Source: a virus. Taken from it: a DNA stretch of 36,079 nucleotides. A model generated the notes under the pieces. The model did not search any database. It was not told the origin of the DNA and was given only the letters and a program-made list of their open reading frames with translations. Shown piece after piece: positions 1 through 9,042 of the stretch (its first letter is position 1; each line of letters opens with the position of its first letter). The stretch spans positions 1-36,079 of the IMG/VR virus record IMGVR_UViG_3300009285_000036. One strand, given 5' to 3'. The translations under genes were made by a program, and so were the position numbers.

Positions 1-37
1 AAAAAGGGGCGTGGATACGGAGTAGCCGTAACGCCCC
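1..37 (-). terminator. Intrinsic terminator of the receiver gene
   Basis: GGGGCGT (6-12) pairs with ACGCCCC (31-37). An inner helix TACGG (16-20) pairs with CCGTA (26-30). Read on the minus strand the hairpin is followed by TTTTT (complement of 1-5). It starts 6 nt after the TAG stop at 44-46. Confidence 0.7.
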
Positions 38-77
38 ACGAACCTACCGACGAAGTGGATCACCTCCTTTCCTCTGC
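1..77. repeat. Terminal direct repeat, identical to 36003-36079. Most likely an assembly overlap from a circular or circularly permuted molecule.
   Basis: Base-by-base comparison shows all 77 nt identical at both ends of the window. Confidence 0.95.
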
Positions 78-442
78 CAGTCCAGCCGATGATCGAGAGC
101 GATCGGGACGATGTCCCTCATGAACGCGAGATCGTAGGGCTTCATCACGATGAAGACATCGGGCGGAAGACGATTCACGTGCTCCACGAGCGCGCACAGC
201 GCGATAATGGGCATGAGTGGAATCTCCTCTCGCACGAACTTCACGATCCGATAGCCCGACTGTCCTGGCAAGTCGATTGCCGTGATGAGAAGCTGGAAGT
301 TGTCGCGATGCCTAGGAGAGAGAAGTCGAATGGCGTCGTTGCCGTTGGACAGCGCCGTAACGGTGTGTCCCAGGTCGACGAGGCCTTTCGAAATCCGCAG
401 TCTGTCGGCTCTCGAATGAGCCACGAGAATCACTCTTGCCAT
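44..442 (-). CDS. Single-domain CheY-like response-regulator receiver protein with atypical active-site residues
   Basis: 132 aa ORF that aligns by eye to CheY along its length: RVILV beta1, LLITAIDLPGQSG, PIIALCA, IVMKPY with the conserved K-P. G+C is about 57 percent against about 35 percent in the flanks. Confidence 0.8.
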   Translation of the reverse strand: MARVILVAHSRADRLRISKGLVDLGHTVTALSNGNDAIRLLSPRHRDNFQLLITAIDLPGQSGYRIVKFVREEIPLMPIIALCALVEHVNRLPPDVFIVMKPYDLAFMRDIVPIALDHRLDWQRKGGDPLRR

Positions 443-533
443 CTTTCTTCTTTCCTTTCCGCTTGGGTTTGCGATGACTTGACTTCAGTCCGCACCTTCC
501 GCTTACTGGGATAGGTTTCCTCATTGTAATTTA

Positions 534-542
534 ATTATAACA
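534..542 (-). promoter_or_regulatory. Candidate extended -10 promoter (TGtTATAAT on the minus strand) for the receiver gene
   Basis: The reverse complement of 534-542 reads TGTTATAAT. It lies in the AT-rich phage sequence, about 90 nt upstream of the ATG at 442. Confidence 0.35.
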
Positions 543-555
543 CTATTTATAAATT

Positions 556-930
556 ATGAAAAATGTACCAGATGAATTATTGCCCACAGAAGAACAAGAA
601 CAGATCGCCTTAGTTGATTGGCTGGAATGGAACAAAATTAAATTTACCGCTATACCAAATTCAACTTACACAACAAGTTGGAATCAAAAAAGAAAGAATA
701 AAGCAATGGGTGTAAGATCGGGAATACCAGATATACTGTGTATAATTAAAGGTCTGCTGGTGTTCATAGAATTAAAAAGAAGAAAGGGGGGAAGTTTGAG
801 TAAAACTCAAAAAGAGTGGATAGAAGAATTAAATAAATGCTCTGGCGTTCTCGCTATAGAATGCAAGGGCGCAGATCACGCAATTGATTTATTAGAATCA
901 ATTCTAAAAAATAATAAACAATATGAATAA
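556..930 (+). CDS. VRR-NUC / PD-(D/E)xK nuclease
   Basis: 124 aa with GIPDILCI ... VFIELKRRKG, which gives the PD and ExK motifs. Size is typical of phage VRR-NUC proteins. Confidence 0.75.
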   Translation: MKNVPDELLPTEEQEQIALVDWLEWNKIKFTAIPNSTYTTSWNQKRKNKAMGVRSGIPDILCIIKGLLVFIELKRRKGGSLSKTQKEWIEELNKCSGVLAIECKGADHAIDLLESILKNNKQYE

Positions 931-1207
931 AAAAATCATCAAGATCGTGGTTTATGTAGTGGTTGGATTATTGATCCTCGGATCAGCAGGGTTCAATCTT
1001 TACATCCTCGGAGTAAATTATATCAACCGAATATCAATCAGCGGACAGCAAGCCGTAGTAGCGGCAATCTATAAGCAAATGAAAGAAACAGGATCGCTAA
1101 CCCTAACATTTGATAGAGAATCAATCACAATGATTGATAGTACCAAGTGTAATACTCAACCAGTTGTAACTCCCGCCCCAACGCCAACCCCGGCGCCAGC
1201 AGAATAA
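923..1207 (+). CDS. Membrane-anchored protein with a Pro/Thr-rich C-terminus
   Basis: 94 aa with an N-terminal hydrophobic helix (IVVYVVVGLLILGSAGF) and a TPAPTPTPAPAE tail. Its start overlaps the upstream stop. Confidence 0.6.
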   Translation: MNKKIIKIVVYVVVGLLILGSAGFNLYILGVNYINRISISGQQAVVAAIYKQMKETGSLTLTFDRESITMIDSTKCNTQPVVTPAPTPTPAPAE

Positions 1208-1210
1208 TTT

Positions 1211-1306
1211 ATGAGAGGAATAATGACTTTTATCGGGGGGTTGATAATTGGTTTAGCAATAGGTATGTGGTGGACACTTTTGACATTATGGGATAAATAT
1301 CTTTAA
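1211..1306 (+). CDS. Small hydrophobic protein (31 aa)
   Basis: MRGIMTFIGGLIIGLAIGMWWTLLTLWDKYL fills the gap between the two neighbouring genes exactly. It is below the ORF-track length cutoff. Confidence 0.4.
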   Translation: MRGIMTFIGGLIIGLAIGMWWTLLTLWDKYL

Positions 1307-1307
1307 T

Positions 1308-1649
1308 ATGCCACTGGAAGAAATCAAACCAAAAATCTACATATTTGTGTCTTCTGAATTTGGCGAATCAATAGACATAAAACTTCAACCTCACCTTATA
1401 AAAGCCTTTACGCCAAAACAAGCAATGTTTGGAGTGAATAATTTGTTAACCCAAAACAACCAAGTGAGAGGTGATATTATTTGTATTGGCGAGGATATGG
1501 AAGAAGAAGTAGTAAAAAAACTTGGACTGACAATGAAGTTAATCCAAGAAGAACCTAAACCAAAACCGCAAAACCCTGAACATCTTGCTCAATATTTGAG
1601 AGATACAGGGAAATGGATAGTGTATAAAAAGAAAACACGCCCCAATTGA
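1308..1649 (+). CDS. Hypothetical protein
   Basis: 113 aa ORF, tightly packed against its neighbours and followed by a terminator. Confidence 0.65.
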   Translation: MPLEEIKPKIYIFVSSEFGESIDIKLQPHLIKAFTPKQAMFGVNNLLTQNNQVRGDIICIGEDMEEEVVKKLGLTMKLIQEEPKPKPQNPEHLAQYLRDTGKWIVYKKKTRPN

Positions 1650-1663
1650 TGGGGCGGTTTTTT
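1638..1663. terminator. Bidirectional intrinsic terminator between convergent transcription units
   Basis: CGCCCC (1638-1643) pairs with GGGGCG (1651-1656). T-rich runs follow the hairpin on both strands. Confidence 0.7.
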
Positions 1664-1671
1664 ATCTTCTT

Positions 1672-1755
1672 TTAAAGTACTGAAAAAACAAGAACCGTGG
1701 CGAAAACTCCAACCATTATACCAAGACAAAATATAATTTTAATTTCGTGATCCAT
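1672..1755 (-). CDS. Possible 27-aa membrane peptide
   Basis: MDHEIKIIFCLGIMVGVFATVLVFSVL lies downstream of the 1624-aa gene. Support comes only from ORF and hydrophobicity. Confidence 0.3.
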   Translation of the reverse strand: MDHEIKIIFCLGIMVGVFATVLVFSVL

Positions 1756-1812
1756 TTTTTTATTTAAGTTTATATTTTTTTAGAATAATAGATAAGGACA
1801 TCTTTTAGAGCA

Positions 1813-4800
1813 TCAATCATATCCATATTTTTTAAGTAAGTTGCTCATAGTTTTGTTGGTGCGTTTAACCAAATCCTCATTCTTGTTTTTTTTGGCTTCT
1901 TTGATCATCTTAGAAAGTAAGTTATAGAGTTTGTAAAATCCATCTATTTTGTATAACTTCAGTAGATCCTCCCGTGTAGCAAGGTCGGAATGCTTCTTTT
2001 GCGATAGGTATTCATAATCATTAAAAAACTCATTGACTTGTCGGCGCGGGAAATCTTTATCTTTCAACATGATATCAGAAAGAATGGGTAAGTCTTCAAG
2101 TTGACTTTTATTTGCGAAATCAAACTGTCTGCCAAATCCTCCAGAATAGGTATTGAGCAAATAATCAAGCTGAACAGGGGATAGATGGATACCAATTTTA
2201 TCAAGACCTTTGGATGTTTCAATCGCAAAACGAGATGTATAGTCTTTTTTTCGTTCAGTTGGATAGAGATATTGCATTCCTTCCGATTCAATCGGTATGC
2301 CCATATAATTTCGGTTAGACGCAACATCAATAATCGGACCGAAAGCCGAAGGTGTAGGATCAGGAACTTGAGATTTTGCGATTTCAAGCAATCCTTTTAG
2401 TGCTTCATCATCCCCCATTGCATTATCTAGCATGGCTTGTGGAGCGGCCATAAACAACATTCCTAGTTCAAAAGGAATGGGCAAACGAAACACATTATCA
2501 CCAATTTCAAAATAAAGATTATTGTATTTATATGCAGGAGGAAGATTTTTGTACCACTCCTTATCTTTGTTTTTATACCATGAACCGATTGCGATTAGGG
2601 TAAGCCATAAAAGCCCCTTAACCGTTGTTTGAATCGGCTTGTTTCTCATGGTTCGGTAAAGTTTTTCTGGGCCACGGATAGCTACGTTGAAAAACGCTGA
2701 TATTTCATTTAATTGTTTCGCCCATTTTCCCGACTTTGTGAAATTTACGGTAACATCTTGAGCATCAAGAAACGATTGCACAAAAATATCTTCTTCCGAC
2801 CAAGAGGGGTTATTCTTTTTGTGCATATCATAGTTTTTTTCAAGCTCGGAACTGCGCGGCCCCATTTCAGTAACAGACAGAATATCACGCAGTGCGTTTA
2901 TGGGATGTTTTACAATCTTTAATACTTTGCCCTTTACTCCTAATTTTGCCTGAAGTACCTCATCATAGGTATCCATTGTTGCTGATCTGTCGTATCCAAT
3001 TTGTCCCGATAACGCACCACCAAGTTTCTTGAATCTCCATGTCAACTCCCCGGGCTTTGTAGAAACACTTTGGTACATTCCTAGAACTGGATCAAAAATA
3101 GTAGCAGTTTTTCTTTCAGAGAAAACTACATAACTCAAAGCATCGCGGAAAGGATTGCGGGCCAGACCAAATGAAACTTTAAGTCCCGTTGCACCCAAAC
3201 GAAGCATACGAGAAAATGGAGCAAGAAGTTTGGCCACCGGCCCCAACTTCAATGGATCAATACCCTTAAAAGATTCATATAAATCAGGATGTATTTCATA
3301 GAATTTTTGTTCACCATTTCTCCAAATAGAGATGATATTTTCTTTTCCTCTGTATGCAAAATCTTGTGTAAACACGGTAAGAAAATCATCAAGATTGGCA
3401 GTATCACCACCCACTTCTTCAACATACCCTTTTATTTTTTCTGCACTAAAGGTTGTCGCTTTCATCGGCGCGGGAACTTCAGTAATGAACCCACCCAACC
3501 CTTCGTTATAGGAAAGATCAGCAAAGAGTTTGGCCACTCTTAATTTTTGTGCCTTTCCAATCAGCTCTCTTGTTTGCGCGATCATTGCTTCAATAGGATT
3601 GATAATCGGTCTTGCACTCCCTTTAATTTTTTGTACCCCTACGCCAGTATCAACAAATCCACCACCACCTTTAATCACGCCGACAGAATCTAAGAACGCT
3701 CGTTTGAATGGTAAATAGATAGGATTGAGATCGCGCATGAGTTGAGTTGCTTTTGTGTCTAGTCCTCCAGCGCGCACCAACCAACCCAAGAGATGATTAG
3801 ACCAATCAGTTAATCCTTTGGCCTGCTCGTCCCACCCCCTATCTTTGTATTTTTCAACAACAAACTTTGCATCATCAATATCAAAACCACTTTCAATGTT
3901 TCGCTCGGCAAGGTTCAACGCGCGTTTTGAAACTGCATAAGCAATAAATTGCCGTATTTCTTTATTGGAGATTGGCTTGAGAATTTCAACCATGCTCGGC
4001 CCCAAGACACCCCCATACTCATCAATCGCCGCATCCATGATAAAAGTCCTTGCAATTGATCCAGCTTTGGATTTGGAATACTCCATCATCTTTGCAGGAT
4101 TTTCCGTAGGTTTCAACCTTCTTCCTATAACCGCTTCAATCCCCCTAACAATCTTCTGTGGAGTATAAAACTCATCATTAAACTTTTCTTGTATAAACTT
4201 AAAAGCCAGCTTTAGTTTTGGTACTATCCCCTTAATCTGGGAGTACTCGCCTTTCCAATCAATATGTTGGATGATACGATTTTCCGCGCCTTGTTTATGC
4301 CAAATATCAAAACGTTCTTGCAGACCGGCAAGTTGATTTTTCAACTTTGGGTTTTTCTGTAAAAACTCATTGAAGAAAGCATGAAACACCGGCGCGCGAC
4401 TTTGTGCTTCGTCAGTAGTCAATCTGTATCTCATGTATTCTGCAAAACCCTCGGTTGTTCTGCGTTTGGTTTGGTCGTAATCCAAGTCAGCCAGTTCTTT
4501 CTGAAAACCCAACGATCCCTTTCTCCATCCCTCCAGATGAGATTTTTTCAGGGTAGTTAAATCTATGTGATGAGAAAGTTCGTGTGCAAACACAGAAAAC
4601 TCTCCCCACTTTTCCATGCGGATAATCTGTTTTTGTGGATAATACATTCCTGCCATTTTCCATTTATGAGTGACTTTTGATTTAATCGGAACGTTAAAAG
4701 TTTTTTCCGCCCAAGATAGAATTTCAGTTTTATTGATTGTTTCCTTTACTTCCGGTTCTTGTGCCATTTTCACACTCCATTTTTTTGCCGTAAGTCCGTG

Positions 4801-6687
4801 AGCTTTATTCAAGTCCGTATCTGATCCATCTATCAATGATTTTTCTTTTGAGGGTTTCTTAATCGTTCTGATTTGAGCATCAAGGTCTGTTACATCTTGT
4901 TGCCATTTTCTTGCATCTGTCTGCGTTTTTTTAATCTCTCTTTGAGTGCTTTCAATATCTGTAATTTGCTCTCTAGATAAATTAAGTTTTTCGTTGTCAT
5001 ATTCTTGTTGTGTCTTAGTGATTAAGTCGTCAATTTGTTGTGATTTTTTCTCAAACTCCGCAAACGGATCTTCTAAGTTCAAATTTAATTCAGTCACAAT
5101 TTCATCTTTTGCGTTTGCTAACGAATCGATTTTTTCTTGAATTAAATTATAAAGTCTAATTTCAGAAACCTTTAATGGCAATGTGCCAGACATTATGTGT
5201 TCAAGAGTTGGATCAATAATTTTTTTCAATCTTAAATCTTGTGGCAACCAATCTGGAAATGAAGATTTTACACCAATAATCCCCATTGTTTCACCCTCAA
5301 GTGTTCTAATAAGTTGTCGTTTTCCAGCTTCAGCTAGTTTCAAACTATCTAAAAGTTCACTTTCAATTTTACCTAACATCTCAGTTTCAGGCGTATCAAA
5401 AGTAGTGGTTAATTGAATTTGTTTTGTGATAGTTGGTTTTTCCAGTTTGGGTTCTTCCTTTATTTTAATTTTCTCACGGATTTTTCCAAAATCAATTTTT
5501 GGGGTAGGAGTTATTTCAGGTAGTTTTGCATCTGGTGTTTGAGGAATAATCTCACCGGGTTTCCCTTCTTGTAATAACGCGCGAGGAGTTAATTTTGGCT
5601 TTCCAAGTTGTGAGGTACTGATAACTTCTGATGTTGGCTTGACCTTAAATAATGATTTAATTTTGCTCCAATATGGTTTATCAGTCATTGTGACCACTTC
5701 TGTGGCAGGTACTTCAATACTCAAACCATTCTCAAACGCATTCTTATATTGTTGACCAGTTAGACCCAAAGACTTAACTAATTCCATTTCTTGCAAACTG
5801 ATCTTTTCTCCTGTCTGAAAAATTGATTTTACCTTGTTGCCTTCAATATAAAGTTTTTCTGGAAATTTATATTCGGCAAAAAAATCTTTTGTTAATTTTA
5901 CTTTTAATTCCGGAGCTTTTTTATAAGCACCGTTAAGTAAAACACCCGTACCAAAAAATTGAAGAATATCTACTACATCTCGACTTAGTTGATTTGTCGC
6001 GTCTGGTAATAATTCAGACAGTCCTTTTGATTGTAATAACTTAAAAGGTTCTTTTTTGGCTTTTGAAACACCATAACTTATCGCTTCAGTAATGGCTACA
6101 AAACCACCAACCCCAAGAATAGTAGTTACTGGATTTGTCATTAAACCTGCCACAACCGGGAGTGTAATCATCACATCTAAAACCTCTCTTGTTGTTGGTA
6201 TTTGTCTTATTCCTAATTCTTTTGTAATATCGGAAAGATGTTTATCAACGAAAGACTGATCTAAACCAGTTTGCTTTGTTAATTGAACTACCGCCCAATC
6301 TCGTGCCTGCTGTTCTTCATCACTAACAAAAAATGGTTTCCCGTAGATTTGTTCTTTAATCAATGGAGTAGAAAATGCTGTTTTTACTTCTCTGATTGTT
6401 GGAATTTTCTTGGTAATTATTGATTTTGCGAAAAGCTTTACTGGTTCGGCAACTGCCTGAAATACTTTTTGAAGCGTTGAAGATTTATTTACCGCTCTTA
6501 ATACTTGTTCCTGTTTAGCGATTGGAGTTTCAATTTTTGGTAATGGTTGGACAGTCGGCTTTGTTTTTTGAATTTGAACAATATTAAGATTTTTTCTAAT
6601 CTTATCAAAATCAATTTTAGTTTTTTGTAATGTTGTACCACCACCAGAATTAAGATTATCTCTAATTTTATTGAAGTCAATCGCCAT
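1813..6687 (-). CDS. Giant virion protein (1624 aa) with an HExxH zincin motif. Candidate internal core or ejection polyvalent protein.
   Basis: HELSH is encoded at 4570-4584. The IDFxKIR motif occurs three times (aa 3, 25 and 398). Hydrophobic helices lie near aa 175-205 and a coiled-coil segment at aa 520-620. It is the last gene of the late block, the position held by gp16 in T7. Confidence 0.85.
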   Translation of the reverse strand: MAIDFNKIRDNLNSGGGTTLQKTKIDFDKIRKNLNIVQIQKTKPTVQPLPKIETPIAKQEQVLRAVNKSSTLQKVFQAVAEPVKLFAKSIITKKIPTIREVKTAFSTPLIKEQIYGKPFFVSDEEQQARDWAVVQLTKQTGLDQSFVDKHLSDITKELGIRQIPTTREVLDVMITLPVVAGLMTNPVTTILGVGGFVAITEAISYGVSKAKKEPFKLLQSKGLSELLPDATNQLSRDVVDILQFFGTGVLLNGAYKKAPELKVKLTKDFFAEYKFPEKLYIEGNKVKSIFQTGEKISLQEMELVKSLGLTGQQYKNAFENGLSIEVPATEVVTMTDKPYWSKIKSLFKVKPTSEVISTSQLGKPKLTPRALLQEGKPGEIIPQTPDAKLPEITPTPKIDFGKIREKIKIKEEPKLEKPTITKQIQLTTTFDTPETEMLGKIESELLDSLKLAEAGKRQLIRTLEGETMGIIGVKSSFPDWLPQDLRLKKIIDPTLEHIMSGTLPLKVSEIRLYNLIQEKIDSLANAKDEIVTELNLNLEDPFAEFEKKSQQIDDLITKTQQEYDNEKLNLSREQITDIESTQREIKKTQTDARKWQQDVTDLDAQIRTIKKPSKEKSLIDGSDTDLNKAHGLTAKKWSVKMAQEPEVKETINKTEILSWAEKTFNVPIKSKVTHKWKMAGMYYPQKQIIRMEKWGEFSVFAHELSHHIDLTTLKKSHLEGWRKGSLGFQKELADLDYDQTKRRTTEGFAEYMRYRLTTDEAQSRAPVFHAFFNEFLQKNPKLKNQLAGLQERFDIWHKQGAENRIIQHIDWKGEYSQIKGIVPKLKLAFKFIQEKFNDEFYTPQKIVRGIEAVIGRRLKPTENPAKMMEYSKSKAGSIARTFIMDAAIDEYGGVLGPSMVEILKPISNKEIRQFIAYAVSKRALNLAERNIESGFDIDDAKFVVEKYKDRGWDEQAKGLTDWSNHLLGWLVRAGGLDTKATQLMRDLNPIYLPFKRAFLDSVGVIKGGGGFVDTGVGVQKIKGSARPIINPIEAMIAQTRELIGKAQKLRVAKLFADLSYNEGLGGFITEVPAPMKATTFSAEKIKGYVEEVGGDTANLDDFLTVFTQDFAYRGKENIISIWRNGEQKFYEIHPDLYESFKGIDPLKLGPVAKLLAPFSRMLRLGATGLKVSFGLARNPFRDALSYVVFSERKTATIFDPVLGMYQSVSTKPGELTWRFKKLGGALSGQIGYDRSATMDTYDEVLQAKLGVKGKVLKIVKHPINALRDILSVTEMGPRSSELEKNYDMHKKNNPSWSEEDIFVQSFLDAQDVTVNFTKSGKWAKQLNEISAFFNVAIRGPEKLYRTMRNKPIQTTVKGLLWLTLIAIGSWYKNKDKEWYKNLPPAYKYNNLYFEIGDNVFRLPIPFELGMLFMAAPQAMLDNAMGDDEALKGLLEIAKSQVPDPTPSAFGPIIDVASNRNYMGIPIESEGMQYLYPTERKKDYTSRFAIETSKGLDKIGIHLSPVQLDYLLNTYSGGFGRQFDFANKSQLEDLPILSDIMLKDKDFPRRQVNEFFNDYEYLSQKKHSDLATREDLLKLYKIDGFYKLYNLLSKMIKEAKKNKNEDLVKRTNKTMSNLLKKYGYD

Positions 6688-6692
6688 ATTTG

Positions 6693-8732
6693 TTATTTTT
6701 GAAGCATCTGTAATAATAATTGATCCGATCCCGTACTTCCTTTAAATTCTTGATAAGCACCGGGTTTTGCCCAACCCCACGCTAGACCTTCTTCATCAAT
6801 ACCACCACCAAGTAATGAATCCAAGATATCATCTGGAACACCCCATTTAGATTTTATTGTATTATAAACTGATCCCCACGAAGTTCCTGCTCTTAAATCA
6901 TCTTGACCTTTAGAGATATCTTCATACATTGCTTTTTCATCGGCAGAAATAGAACTCTTAACCGTACTACTACCGCTCGGCGCTCTCACCTGTTCTTGAT
7001 AAATCTTGCTAGTTTTCAATTTAGCTTGAGCCACAGCAAGAGAATCACTTGGCAATATATTAGCGTCAGGATATTTACCCATAATATCTTTGACATATTC
7101 CTTGTCAGCAATCTCACCCAAGAAAGGAGTGATTTTTGAAATAGCGTCTTCGTAACTGTCTGTGATCGTAACTTTGCCCTTGATAATCGCTTCAGGATAA
7201 TTCAACATCAATTCCAAAATCTTATCCTTGTTTGCTTCCATTTGGGTAATCTCATTTTGAAGCATTATCATTTGATTATTCACTGCTTCTTTTTCATCAG
7301 CTTTCAAAGAGATAACTTTATTTTCACTCAAACTTAATAATGTCTTGTAAGCGTCAATTTGTTCAGAACGATCAGCGTTAATTGCGCTCATCATAAAATT
7401 GATTGAATCCTTGGCATTGGCAATATCACCCTGAATAATCTCTGCCGTGCCAGTAAGGGTGGCAATCCGAGCCAGTCCTCGACTTTCCACTGCTTTTTGT
7501 CTACGACCAAGAATAGAAAGCGGCGCAATCCGTTCGCCCTCTTGAGTAATACCTAAATTCATCTTTTCTTTTTCAGCATTGATGTCAGTCAAAATAGTTT
7601 TCAAATTATCCTGTTTTATTTTCAATTCGTATTCTTCCATTAACGCTTTGGCTTTGTCTTGAGAATAAGTGCTAGTCAAGTTTGCTTCAAGTCCACTTTT
7701 CAACGATTCACTTTCAGCTTCAACGGTCTTGCGTGCCGTTTCCGCTGCTGTTTGTTGTGCTTGATAAATACTCATTATGGTTTTTTCCAAACCAGACATT
7801 GAAGAATTGACGAAATTGTTAATTGCTGCATTGGTTGTGGCATCAGAAGAATAGTTACCAACAAAAGTAGAAGCAGCCGTTGGTTTCTCTTCACCGCTAA
7901 CAGCAGTGCCATCAATCTTTGATGGTGTTTCAGGCAGGTTCTTAGCAATAGCTTCTTTGGCTTGTTCGGCAGTTACCATTCCAAGTTCCCCCGACTGATA
8001 TGCCCCTATAGCGCCAGATTTTGCGATTAGAGCGGCTTCAGCGGGTGTTTTAGCCTGTCCACTATATAAAGGTGTTGTCGCTTGATTTAACACCATTCCT
8101 TGTCTTTGTAATAACATCACAGCATTTTCTCTGTTTGCATCAGGATAACGAGATAAAATACTAGAAATATCTTGTTCAGTAATATCTTGACCTTGACGGA
8201 CAATATCAGCAACGACTGGATTAACTGGTCTTGGAGTTTGAGTAACAGTCTGAGCGGTTTGTCCTTGTGTAGCACCAGCAGGTGCAGGAAGACCCACTTG
8301 TACTCCCCCAACATCTCCACCAACATAATTACCTTGTGCATCTTGAACTAAATTAAGTTCTGGGGCAGTATATTCAACTCCTTGATCTCGTAATGAATTT
8401 GCAAAACCAGTAAAAAAACTCCTATCAGCATCAGCTTGTTGTTTGTGTAGTTTTGCACCAGTAGAATTAACATCTTCTGGATTTCCACTAGCTATAATAT
8501 TTTGATAATTCTCACTAGCATTAGTTAAACTTCTTGCCCTATCTCTCAGTACTTGATTTGCTTCTTGTATAAATAAATTAAAAACTCTATCAGTACCAAA
8601 CTGTAAATAATTTGAACCAGCATTTCCTCCCCCACCCAAAGCATTGCTGTATGCTTGTGCGATAACCCTTTTTTCTTCTGGTGTTTTGAATTGATTGGCA
8701 CTTAAAGTAGTGCCAGATAATTTTAGTGCCAT
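6693..8732 (-). CDS. Large virion protein (679 aa). Candidate internal core protein.
   Basis: Long ORF with a coiled-coil C-terminal half. The call rests on its position next to the giant protein. Confidence 0.8.
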   Translation of the reverse strand: MALKLSGTTLSANQFKTPEEKRVIAQAYSNALGGGGNAGSNYLQFGTDRVFNLFIQEANQVLRDRARSLTNASENYQNIIASGNPEDVNSTGAKLHKQQADADRSFFTGFANSLRDQGVEYTAPELNLVQDAQGNYVGGDVGGVQVGLPAPAGATQGQTAQTVTQTPRPVNPVVADIVRQGQDITEQDISSILSRYPDANRENAVMLLQRQGMVLNQATTPLYSGQAKTPAEAALIAKSGAIGAYQSGELGMVTAEQAKEAIAKNLPETPSKIDGTAVSGEEKPTAASTFVGNYSSDATTNAAINNFVNSSMSGLEKTIMSIYQAQQTAAETARKTVEAESESLKSGLEANLTSTYSQDKAKALMEEYELKIKQDNLKTILTDINAEKEKMNLGITQEGERIAPLSILGRRQKAVESRGLARIATLTGTAEIIQGDIANAKDSINFMMSAINADRSEQIDAYKTLLSLSENKVISLKADEKEAVNNQMIMLQNEITQMEANKDKILELMLNYPEAIIKGKVTITDSYEDAISKITPFLGEIADKEYVKDIMGKYPDANILPSDSLAVAQAKLKTSKIYQEQVRAPSGSSTVKSSISADEKAMYEDISKGQDDLRAGTSWGSVYNTIKSKWGVPDDILDSLLGGGIDEEGLAWGWAKPGAYQEFKGSTGSDQLLLQMLQK

Positions 8733-8733
8733 A

Positions 8734-9042
8734 TTAAATTAAGTTACATAAATCCTTGATTGCGTTGATTAAATTATTTTGCGTGGGATTTTCTTCTAAA
8801 AGTTTTTTGATATCCTTAACTTTATCTTTTTTAATTTGTTTTTCTTTCTCATTTTTAGCTAAAGGATTTTCTTCCAAGACTAATTTTTTCTGCCAGTGTG
8901 CGATATAATTTTCTTTTAATTGTTGAAGTTCTTCTGGAGTGGGATCGTAAGAAATAATATAAAACTTGTCTTCGTCAAAACTACCAAGATTTTCACCTCG
9001 CGCGATAATTTGATTATTCCATTTTCGTACTGCAAATTTCAT
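8734..9042 (-). CDS. Hypothetical protein (102 aa)
   Basis: ORF whose start overlaps the stop of the upstream tail-fibre gene by 4 nt (ATGA). Confidence 0.65.
   Translation of the reverse strand: MKFAVRKWNNQIIARGENLGSFDEDKFYIISYDPTPEELQQLKENYIAHWQKKLVLEENPLAKNEKEKQIKKDKVKDIKKLLEENPTQNNLINAIKDLCNLI

Noticed and set aside
89-524. ORFs 89-514 (+, 141 aa) and 312-524 (-, 70 aa) overlapping the receiver gene
   Set aside because: Long spurious ORFs are expected on alternative frames of a high-GC segment. Neither shows recognisable motifs. The 44-442 frame aligns to CheY-type receivers and has a matching terminator.
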